From Antedon mediterranea (taxonomy: Eukaryota > Animalia > Echinodermata), in contig NC_092677.1 in NCBI RefSeq assembly GCF_964355755.1, forward strand, positions 16,576,101 to 16,640,100: DNA of 64,000 bases, given 5' to 3'. The notes under the pieces are model-generated. The model was given only the letters and a program-made list of their open reading frames with translations. It was not told the origin of the DNA and ran no database searches. The position numbers were made by a program, and so were the translations under genes. Of this stretch, positions 55,701 through 64,000 are shown one piece after another; positions within the stretch are counted from its first letter, which is position 1; each line of letters starts with the position of its first letter.

Positions 55701-56411
55701 TTGGCTATGTGTAATCTACTTATCAGCTGCAATAATCTGAGAGATATCAAAGGTACCTCACTAGCCATGCTACTGTCTATTTCCCCAAAACTAGGATCGT
55801 TTCACATCTTTGATTGCAGTTTATCAAGTACAATTGTTGATTGTATGGTGAGTGAGTGTGTAAGTAGAACATTAGTGTTACCGTTATGTAATCTACTTAT
55901 CAACCGCAATAATCTGAGTGATATATCACTTGTTATGCTACTATCTGTTTTTCCAAATCTGAGATACCTTGATTTTTCTAATTGTAGTGTACCGATTGCT
56001 ATTGTAAATTGTTTGATCAGGGAATGTGTCGAAAAGAAACTTGTGTTGCAGATAGATTACCTCAATATCGGCTACAATAACCTTTGTGATATCAAAGGTA
56101 CATCACTATGTATGCTACTGTCTATTTCTCCTAAACTGAGAAACTTTAACATATCTTCTTGCAGTTTATCAGGTGCTATTTTTGATTGCATGGTCAGTGA
56201 GTGTGTTAGTAGGAAACTAGTGTTGGAATTAATTTCTCTTAATATCAGCCATAATAATCTGAGTGATATTGAAGATACCTCACTAACCCTGCTGCTGTCT
56301 ATTGCCCCTAAACTGAAATACCTTTACATGACCGAATGTAGACTACCTGATGCTATAGTTAATAATATGAACAAACAATTTACTAGTATAAAAGGTACAT
56401 TTACGCATTAG
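16740..56411 (+). CDS. Gene B: tandem-DED / TRADD-N-like / microexon linker / LRR protein (NACHT-less NLR-like), about 1,258 aa if all exons are used
   Basis: Exons 16740-16752 (ATG), 17232-17765, 18067-18939, 21131-21178, 24107-24190, 27183-27308, 27886-27939, 35111-35128 (tentative), 35300-35356, 36459-36542, 54080-54190, 54637-56411. All junctions are phase-1 GT-AG; sum 3777 nt, open frame. Confidence 0.75.
17232..17765 (+). CDS. Gene B exon encoding two tandem death-fold (DED-like) domains
   Basis: FKEALVCFS...IKKLKVLY...MDLLKHLTDSGDLS..DHTLLYDTIK and a second HQKIMNLGNELIEEDV...WDLILHLRHKKII...FIETLKNVEL fit the DED helix pattern; ctag|AA...AAAG|gtataa. Confidence 0.75.
18067..18939 (+). 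CDS. Gene B exon: KKRKRK NLS-like patch, amphipathic LQSLQRTIDE repeats, C-terminal TRADD-N-like domain
   Basis: 289-aa ORF; SCIIFHL...ALETLWKMHRSGML...LSEILVT resembles the invertebrate TRADD-like N domain; tacag|AT...AGAG|gtgaga. Confidence 0.75.
19236..19410 (-). mobile_element. Internally deleted relative of the Helentron-like family in the 42.9-53.9 kb array; paralogous remnant at about 2608-2758
   Basis: ggttatccgc...gcggataac hairpin, plus atgcgctttatttaatgtg matching the array core in reverse. Confidence 0.5.
21131..21178 (+). CDS. Gene B microexon, 48 nt (AKSETFVEERSEESKA)
   Basis: aattag|CC...GCAG|gtgagg. Confidence 0.7.
21414..22211 (-). mobile_element. DINE-1/HINE-like non-autonomous Helentron, copy 1
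   Basis: Minus-strand 5' ttttagtcgcgtggaagcgact hairpin, (GTCK)n microsatellite, subterminal cacgcgact repeat and 3' stem ending ggccttgtt. Confidence 0.75.
22352..23049 (-). mobile_element. DINE-1/HINE-like non-autonomous Helentron, copy 2
   Basis: Near-identical body to copy 1, same terminal structure. Confidence 0.75.
24107..24190 (+). CDS. Gene B microexon, 84 nt (EKSHDASYQSLKKGLPFSYEPSEIKLLP)
   Basis: taatag|AG...CCAG|gtgaat. Confidence 0.7.
24241..26939 (-). mobile_element. Non-autonomous Academ(X)-like DNA transposon
   Basis: TAG...CTA termini, long TIRs with about 160-bp subterminal repeats, XPG-like remnant FHFFSGCDTTSSVQGKGK (25391..25612). Absent from the paralogous intron at about 898. 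No TSD discernible. Confidence 0.75.
25090..25380 (+). mobile_element. tRNA-derived SINE inside the Academ-like element
   Basis: A/B-box-like head (tggacttgcaatcaagaggttgctggttcaagc), then a conserved-domain-like body gtccttgagcaag...ccacccaggtg...aaatgggtacc. Confidence 0.65.
27183..27308 (+). CDS. Gene B microexon, 126 nt, with internal 12-nt (EGVS) repeats
   Basis: caatag|AG...TCAG|gtgagc; EESEGVSESVLEGVSEDVSEGVLDSSTKEFPYGSKIQELSGS. Confidence 0.7.
27599..27694 (+). pseudogene. Microexon copy with a mutated acceptor (AG to AA)
   Basis: Near-identical to 7126-7221 with an intact gtgagt donor, but preceded by aataa instead of aatag. Confidence 0.65.
27886..27939 (+). CDS. Gene B microexon, 54 nt (GESVLHPKLPIGYDKSKT)
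   Basis: ttttag|GA...ACAG|gtaagt. Confidence 0.7.
28578..34766 (-). mobile_element. Foldback-like non-autonomous Academ(X) transposon with 3-bp TSD TTA
   Basis: TIR tagaccgggcgcccggaagatttattcatgtg at both ends; TTA at 28575-77 and 34767-69; empty site tcTTActgctttatcag at about 8691. Transposase C-terminal remnant INEARY...LPPC...HLLRANY..IMW...YGW (30584..30970). Confidence 0.88.
31254..32973. mobile_element. IS3EU-like non-autonomous foldback element nested in the Academ element
   Basis: TACGG...CCGTA termini; 6-bp TSD GATATT (31248-53, 32974-79); arms of about 0.6-0.8 kb with 40-bp and 20-bp tandem repeats. Confidence 0.82.
35300..35356 (+). CDS. Gene B microexon, 57 nt (AQSETFIEGESDESIESKT)
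   Basis: cttttag|CT...ACAG|gtactg; same family as the 48-nt exon. Confidence 0.7.
36459..36542 (+). CDS. Gene B microexon, 84 nt (EKSDYLSDLPTELFSISIKEKPEVESET)
   Basis: tattag|AG...ACAT|gtgagt; same EKS start as the other microexons. Confidence 0.65.
39700..39972 (-). mobile_element. APE-endonuclease fragment of a CR1/L2-type LINE
   Basis: LTETWL...RCNKRGGGVAIFV motifs in ORF 39749..39961. Confidence 0.8.
41600..42568. mobile_element. 969-bp MITE with about 130-bp TIRs and a 9-bp TSD (Mutator-like)
   Basis: gcgattttttttttcgtacataagttgggg mirrored at the right end; TSD gtcccggtt at 41591-99 and 42569-77. Confidence 0.88.
42898..53940 (+). mobile_element. 11-kb stacked array of Helentron/HINE-like elements: 9 bodies of about 1.15 kb and 11 5' head modules
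   Basis: Head is the ggttatccgc-acttg-gcggataacc hairpin plus a T-tract. Each body ends gcggataacc, stem-loop aactcgtc-cgtagt-gacgagtt, CTAG, at 44286, 45431, 46822, 48035, 49176, 50409, 51555, 52772 and 53940. Confidence 0.85.
54080..54190 (+). CDS. Gene B penultimate exon, 111 nt (DLSDFVKMKFEQKQISVKRESEELSRAMEDMQITSK)
   Basis: ttttag|CT...AAAG|gttggt; homolog of 4115-4225. Confidence 0.75.
54637..56411 (+). CDS. Gene B terminal exon: helical region plus RI/NLR-type LRRs (7 A-type repeats)
   Basis: 577-aa ORF paralogous to 9787..11802; in-frame phase-1 acceptor tttttaag|GG. Confidence 0.9.
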
Positions 56412-58203
56412 CTATAATATTATAATTAACCTGTACCTCTATTTCCTATTTATAATGTTTACTGCAGCTGCTGTACTTTTTGTTTAAGACTTCCATTTCA
56501 ATAGATATTCATTATCAAATTGTTATTACAATGCGTGTGTTTTAATGACCATGCTAACCATTCTTGAAGAAATTTCAGAACTCATAATTGATTTAAGTAG
56601 TTTATATTATTATGTGATGATGCTTTATATAGGTGACTTTATATCATATTTTGTCTGTTTATCAAACCGGTTAGTGTTTCATCGCTGTTATTATTTAAAA
56701 AGTATTTAAAAAAAAATACAGTAGTTCAATTTTAACTACTATACTGTATTTTAAAAGTGTAAACATACTGATTATGTTACTAGCCTCTTGACCACTATCA
56801 CATGTTGAATATATCATACATTTATTTTATTCACATACGTTTATATATGTATAATTTTTTTTTCTTTTTGCAAGTGCCTGATTATACAAGTTTTGCCAAC
56901 AAAATATGTTTAACTTCATCTTTCAACATAAATTCCCAAACATACAATGCGTAGATTCTTTTATTTTGCACCTTGTTGAATTATCAGAAGTTGTTATGTT
57001 AACGCAATAAATGTCCAGGCTATGGCAAAAATGTTTTTTTGTTGGGGTTTAAAATCATCTCTATAATGAAGTATATGCCTCGATGTGATAGAAATGTTTG
57101 ACGTTGTGCAATATTACCAAATATCAGAATAGAGCTTTAAATGAATGAATAATTTTTAATTTGTAGTTTAAATTCCTGTTTTGTGCAATAGTTTATAATG
57201 GTAAACAATGGTTTATATTTTATAAAGAAGAAATTAAATATATTTTAGTATAAAACTACCTTGTGATTTTTAGGCCTATAGTTGTACATTTTAGTCTATG
57301 AAATGTTTTATCAATACAGTATTGTAAATTAAAAAACTGAATACTGTAAATAATGTATATCGACTGTATTTTTATTTGACCTATTTTTGTATTAAAGTTG
57401 ATTTGAGGAAACAGTTTTCACATTGTATAAATATATAATTCACTTCAAGTTCACTATGTATTCATAACATGTATTTATCTATACAAATTGTAAACAAACT
57501 GATTGGTATGTTGCTGTTGATCACTATCATCACCAGTTGAATAATTATTGATACTGTATAAATGCGCTTATTTTTCCACAATGTTGCTCAAACTTTTTAT
57601 GAAAGTGTCCTTTTGCATGATTTATGAATTAGTAACTGACATGCAAATGCCTTCATCGAACAGAATATATTGATATTGTTTAATTGTGAGAAAATTTAAA
57701 GAATGATGTAAACGCCATAGATATATGATAACGTGACTCTTGTAAGTTCTCTTATAAGCCCATCAAAATATTCTATAGTTCTTATTAAATTATTTCTTGA
57801 TGTATTAACATATATAAATGCCATTAAAAAATATACTGTATTTATTTATTTTTTTTGCACCGTGTGCTTTTCATACGTTAATAACATAACATTTCCATAC
57901 ACAAATCATAGACATTGTTTTGTAAGTATACTATCCATGTTGATTGATTAATTATTTTTATATCACGCATCTTTATATCGCATGTGAGTAGTAATTGTAA
58001 TATTATTTTAAATATCTATAATTTTCATGAAAGTGTCATTTTTATCTATAAGTTTACCCGACATTAATTATTTCTTATTTCCATATATCCATAGTATAAT
58101 TTTCAATATTAAATGTATTTCAATTGCACTTTTAAAAGCATTAACACTATACTATATACATACATATTTGGCTTTAACCACAAATGTTATGAACACCACA
58201 ATC

Positions 58204-58855
58204 TGTAGTGAAAACCCCCTTATATAATAATGGGTCGGCCCAAGGTGTGACCCGAGGTCACGTGCGTTACTGACCGGTGCCGGAGCGGGCTCTTTGAACG
58301 CATTAGACGGAACGGACGTAAATCGTGACTAGGCCTAAGCCTATGCTGTATCAGTATCAGCCATTACGCACGTTCCCTGGTGTTTGATATACACTAGCCT
58401 ATAGCCAGCAGGGTTTCCTGTGTAAGCTTCCCAGCCTAGACTGAGCGGTATATAAGCCAGTTCTACGGTAATATTGGTGGAACAACAGGTATTCACTGTG
58501 ATTGAATAGGTTATAGGCCTATATTATAGTTTAAGCCTCATTGCTACTATTACGAGGTACGAGCCACAAGGGGTCAAGCTCAACCCTACTAGCTGAGCTA
58601 GTACTGAGGGATTGCTCACTGGGTAGCCACACACATACACAGCAACGGAATAAAGGTACGTTTAGTCCTCCTAGGCTGGCCTGTGTGTTTATCACTACCA
58701 GCAGCCACACATCGGAGTGGGCTGTTCGTACTCTTCTGTGTATCACACTTCATCTGGGCCACCAGGGGGCAAGAGACCAGTCCCGCCTAACAGGTAAGCT
58801 AGTACGCCTTGTGTAATAATTGTAGTAGCTTCGCACTCTCGGCCGTTTTACAACA
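58204..58855 (+). mobile_element. 5' LTR of an older LTR retrotransposon; internal region continues past the nested Gypsy element
   Basis: TGTAGTG...CAACA ends, TATATAA at about 58449, AATAAA at about 58649, then PBS-like TGGCGCTGCGAG (tRNA-Ser-like) at 58857. Confidence 0.7.
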
Positions 58856-59420
58856 TTGGCGCTGCGAGTGAATTCGGGACGCCAAGTTACTTAGTTTGTT
58901 AGCGAAGAGGTCGTCTGGAGACGACATAACGGATCAAATCTCCCGCTGTACTTTTAACAATTCCGCACGGTGTGGGTTCACCGCGATTAGTTGATATTTA
59001 ATAAAGTGCAAGGATTTTTTGTATCGATTCTATAGGCGCCATTATTGATAGTGGACGTTAATGCTTTTGTAACAAAACTTCATCAGGTAGTACCCATTGA
59101 GAAGTTAAACTTACATAGCAATAAGAGCTTCAATTATTTTCATTATTATAAAATTATTTCAATTGTATTTTTGCATTGCTGAAGTTGAGTTACGGAGCGT
59201 ATCCTCCATTGTGTGGTCTTCTGAATTCCTAAGACACTTGTGGGCGGACTTCGCCTGTTTCTTTGACTTCGTTTGCATATCATCTTAAGCAACTGTGATT
59301 TCTATTGAGCAGGTGTAATTGGTTTTTCTTTAATATTGCCTTTTAGAGAAAGTTGTTTGTACTTCTATTATATATATTTTTATAGTTGTAGTGTATAAGA
59401 AGTACAATCCTCAGTTATAC

Positions 59421-62400
59421 TGTAATAAATTACCATTCCCTAACATATAGAGTAACATAGTATTTACATGAACATTCTAGAATAAGATGTTTTGATTTAA
59501 TAAACCATGTATAATTAATAAGAACAATCAAGAACATTCCAGAAGTGCTATTAATAGAAACTGTAATCATGTAATAATGAGAAGTATAAAGAATGATCTA
59601 GAAGGATAGGAGCATCTTGTATATAAAGGGTTGTAAACTATTGTAAGGTTGTTGGATTAGAGGTTGGATTAGAGGTTGGATGTTATATTGTAAAGTCATT
59701 GTGAAGCTGTTGTTTAAAGTGCTTACTGGATTGTTAAAAGTTGAAGTTGATTGAAATTAAAGCTTTGTTTTTGAGTTATTTTACAACTTTGTGGATTTTG
59801 TGTGTATACTTTTATGTCACAAGGGAGTTCCTAAAGTATTTTCAACCGCTCGGAAACATACGTACGAGGAGTTCGTGACATAATTTGGTGGCAGCGGTTA
59901 TTTCGATCTACTGTTCGACTTAACTGTGTATTTATCTACGGTTGTGATATTTTGTGGTAGCAGTTTGATCTACTGTATTTTGCCATAGATTGGTGGCTGT
60001 TTTAGGATCAACTGTACTTTATTGATATTTTGTGAAAGCGGTACTTACGATACTGTGATATTTTACGGAAGCCGCAGTGCTACGTTTTGTTTAATCGTAA
60101 GTACACAAACATTGTTTTAAGAACAGTACATTATTTATTTGGAACAGTAGACTTGTGAACGTCTCGGTAACTACGATTAACTAGTAACAAGACCCTCATC
60201 CAGATTTAAAATATGGCTGATAAACAATCAACAACAAGATCCGGTAGAGAATACAGCGGTGGCGATGAAACTGATTCGGATGTAGAATCAGTTCAATCAG
60301 TACAACCTGAACAACAGGCAGAAGAGTCTGGACCAACCAGTGGACATAACCCTACAGGGGCTGACTCATCTTCAAAAGATGTTTTGTTGTTGATGCAGCA
60401 GCAAATGCAGCAGTAAATGCAGCAGCAAATGCAGCAGCAAATGCAACAACAGAATCTTATGATGCAGCAGATGATGGAACAACAAGAACGTTTACGCAAA
60501 GAAGATATGGAAAAACAAGAACGTTTACGCAAAGAAGATATGGAAACACAAGAACGTTTACGCAAAGAAGATATGGAAAGACAAGAACGTTTACGTAGGG
60601 AAGATATGGAGAAACAGCAAGCGTTAGTAATGGCGTTAATGGATAAGCAAAAGGACAGTGAGGAGAAACGATTAAAAGACATGATGAGATTGAAGGAAGT
60701 TCAGATTGCAAAACTTTCTGATAGTGATAATATTGAAAATTATCTCACTACGTTTGAACGAATTGCTAACACCTATGAGTGGCGAAAAGAACACTGGGTA
60801 GTAAAACTAATACCTCATTTGACAGGCAAAGCAAGAGCAGCCTATGCATCACTACCAGTGACAGAGAGTAACCAGTACGACATAGTGAAGAAAGCAATAT
60901 TACAAAGGTATGACATAACTGAAGAGACATATAGGCAAAGGTTTAGGTCAATTAAAAAGAAAAGTGAAGAAAGTTATAGAGAAATGTATGTTAGGTTAAA
61001 AGATTTATTTACTAAGTGGGCTAGGCCTGCTGATAAAAGCAAAGATGATTTAGCTGAAATTGTTATTTTAGAGCAATTAATAGATATTATGCCCACAGGG
61101 GTACAAATTTGGGTTAAAGAACATAAACCAGATTCTGGATTAAATGCTGCAGAATTAGCAGATAATTATTTTCAAGCTAGAAAAGGTATCGATTTTGAGA
61201 AAAAGTTTCAAAATAGAAAACACGAAAATAGAAACAACCAGGAGAAAACAGTGAAAGGCACTCCTGAAGTTGACAGTAAGGGTAATAATAATCCCCCTGA
61301 TAACTTTCATAAATCACAATCTGACGCTAGACAACCTCTCGTTTGTAGACGGTGCAAAAAAGTAGGCCACATAGAACGATTTTGTCGAAGTAAGGATGGC
61401 TTTTTGTCGACAAAGACAGATACTGTTTCAAAACCATGTACACCTTACATTTGTAGAGGCCTAGTTGAAGGGTGTGATTGTGAAATTTTGATAGACTCTG
61501 GATGTGATATGACACTTGTTCATTCTGATTTAGTAGCGGCTAAGAAAATTAATCGCGCGGAGCAAGCTAAAATTACATGCAGGTGCGTCCATGACCATGT
61601 CCAAGCCTATCCTACTGCATTCGTCAATATTAAGATTAATAACGAAGACCATAATTTGTTGGTTGGCGTTTGCAGCGATTTACCAAGAGATGTAATTCTT
61701 GGTAGGGACTTTCCTAAATTTGGAGACTTATTAGGGAAGAGGGATAAGAATCATGATAGGCATAGTTTTGTTGCCACTAGAGATCATGCTAGAAAAGAAA
61801 AACTAAGAGAGGAAAACGAATTAAATTCGGAAAAAGCTTCTGGGGTTATTTCACATCAGTTAGATGATGTGGTTAATTTTCAAGAAGAATTTGGACATTT
61901 AGATGGCCAACTACTCAGTAACAACCCTCCCAAGGAAAAAGTTCATAAAACCAGAAGTGAGAAACGAAAAGTTAGGAAAGAGTTTGCAAAAACAAAGGAA
62001 GTTCAATCTAGCCAAGATAGTGAATTAGACATTTTAGATATTGGCAGAGATAAAATTAAGGATTATCAGGTTAAGGATAGAACTTTAATTTCACTTCGAG
62101 AACAGATGTTAGTACAGAAAGATGATGACACTATAAAGATAGTCTGTAAGGATGGAATTTTATTTAGGCTGGTTTTCACTAAACACCAGACAGAACCAAT
62201 AGAGCAATTAGTGGTTCCATACCCTTGCCGTAATAGTGTATTGAAAGTCTCACATGATAATCCTTTGGCAGGTCATTTAGGTAGGAAAAAGACATTAGAT
62301 AGGATAAAGCAGAGATTCTTTTGGCCTGGTATTAGAAAGGATGTGACCGAATATTGCAACACTTGTGAAAATTGCCAGAAAACTTCAAAGTATAAAACTA

Positions 62401-63085
62401 AATTTAAGGACTTTATGATTCCTATGTCATTAATTAGTGAACCATTCGGACAAATTTACATGAATATTGTTTGTTCATTATTAGTAATTATTAATAATTA
62501 TGTTGTATGTTATTATGGCGTATTTAAGTTTTATAGACTAGGAGTGGGTTAAATTTTGCCACGTCCGTGTATACTTGCCCCTCAAAACTCCAAGAAAGAG
62601 TTTTGAGCTCAGAAAGAGGGGGGAGTGTAATAAATTACCATTCCCTAACATATAGAGTAACATAGTATTTACATGAACATTCTAGAATAAGATGTTTTGA
62701 TTTAATAAACCATGTATAATTAATAAGAACAATCAAGAACATTCCAGAAGTGCTATTAATAGAAACTGTAATCATGTAATAATGAGAAGTATAAAGAATG
62801 ATCTAGAAGGATAGGAGCATCTTGTATATAAAGGGTTGTAAACTATTGTAAGGTTGTTGGATTAGAGGTTGGATTAGAGGTTGGATGTTATATTGTAAAG
62901 TCATTGTGAAGCTGTTGTTTAAAGGGCTTACTGGATTGTTAAAAGTTGAAGTTGATTGAAATTAAAGCTTTGTTTTTGAGTTATTTTACAACTTTGTGGA
63001 TTTTGTGTGTATACTTTTATGTCACAAGGGAGTTCCTAAAGTATTTTCAACCGCTCGGAAACATACGTACGAGGAGTTCGTGACA
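59421..63085 (+). mobile_element. Gmr1-type Ty3/Gypsy LTR retrotransposon, internally deleted and very recent
   Basis: 460-bp LTRs at 59421-59880 and 62626-63085 (TG..CA, one visible mismatch); TSD TATAC; PBS TGGTGGCAGCGGT (tRNA-Leu) at 59886; PPT at 62611-62625. Confidence 0.95.
60213..62552 (+). pseudogene. gag-pro-(partial integrase) polyprotein with a premature stop at 60414-60416; RT/RNaseH missing
   Basis: SCAN-like capsid C-terminus (EQLIDIMP...WVKEHKP...AAELADNY), CCHC knuckle CRRCKKVGHIERFC, protease LIDSG, then integrase H2C2 (HDNPLAGHLG...CENCQK) directly after the protease. Confidence 0.9.
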
Positions 63086-63691
63086 TATACACAAGTCGAT
63101 TTTTTATTGTATTGGTATAGCATTGTTGGGTCTACTTCAATTCTATACGTTTTAGTAGTAATTAGATAATTTAGCATGCCTCCAAAATCCCGATTCGTTT
63201 CTATTAATTTTTGCGACATGTTAGATCTTAACCTTTTGCCTGGCATACAGTAGGTGCCTCACGTGCTCAAAAACTTATAGAATGGAGGGAGGGGTACGGC
63301 AACATCACCCCGAACAACATAGGGAAGATAATAAGAGGCTCAGGAAAAGGCAAGTTTATGAAATGGTTGGATTTCACTCCAAACCCGAGATGGGGAGGGA
63401 GAGACGGAGACTCAACGATTTACCGTGAGCTCCGGGATACCAGCACACCACTTGAGGTTGCTTATCCACCCGACCATTCTGGGTTAGGAATAGAGTCAAG
63501 ATATTCTTCTCTACATCCTAAAACAGAGGCAAATCAGAATTACGATACAAGAGTCTCTGATATACTGTCTGATTCACCAGTAGATACTTTATCGTGCAAT
63601 TCTGGGAGGGTTCCTAAATCAAGCGCCAACAGTCCAATTGCGTATCACGATACCTGGACAACGCTTGTACGTCAGGACACTACTCCAATAT

Positions 63692-64000
63692 CAGGCCCGT
63701 AGCCAGGGGGGGTTTTTATGGTTCGGGCGAACCCCCCCCCCCCCCCCCCTTTACAGCGAACCCCCCTTAACCGACTGCGAACCCCCATCCCCGACATGCC
63801 CAATACCTCACCCTCATCTCCGAAAATCGTCCAAATACGTGCCCCACAGTACAAAAAGTTGTTCGTAAATTAAAAAATTTGTAAACTCGTTCGGAATAAC
63901 TCATACAGTACCTTCTTCCCTGTATGAGCGTACTTCGAGCGATATAGTCTGTAAATTTCTAAGAGTTGCAAATGAATTGCCGATTTTATCAACATGATAT
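63692..64000. mobile_element. Left end of a probable hAT-like non-autonomous element
   Basis: caggcccgtagccaggggggg start and a G/C-run hairpin; it truncates ORF 63358..63702; no second terminus seen. Confidence 0.4.

Noticed and set aside
63358-63702. 114-aa ORF as a host gene
   Set aside because: Lies in the internal region of the older LTR element and is cut by another insertion; possibly a gag start, but no diagnostic motif

Overview
AT-rich metazoan genomic DNA with spliceosomal introns; a marine invertebrate such as an echinoderm is my inference. The window holds two head-to-tail paralogous + strand genes. Gene A is 5'-truncated by the window edge and ends at 11802; gene B is complete, CDS 16740..56411. 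From GT-AG sites, gene B encodes about 1,250 aa: tandem death-effector-like domains, a basic NLS-like patch, an amphipathic helical repeat and a TRADD-N-like domain. These are followed by a Ser/Glu-rich linker built from homologous phase-1, 3n-length microexons and one large terminal exon of ribonuclease-inhibitor-like LRRs (59-aa unit). It looks like an NLR-type receptor with no NACHT ATPase. Microexon content and LRR number and surface residues differ between the paralogs. The introns and flanks are rich in mobile elements: two Academ-like transposons, one nearly a whole-element foldback carrying a nested IS3EU-like element, and an 11-kb stack of Helentron/DINE-1-like elements. Also present are DINE-1-like copies inside a Rex1/CR1-group LINE, MITEs with TA or 9-bp TSDs, a 97-bp minisatellite, and a very young internally deleted Gmr1-type Gypsy element nested in an older LTR element. 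All family assignments come from motifs read by eye; no searches were run.
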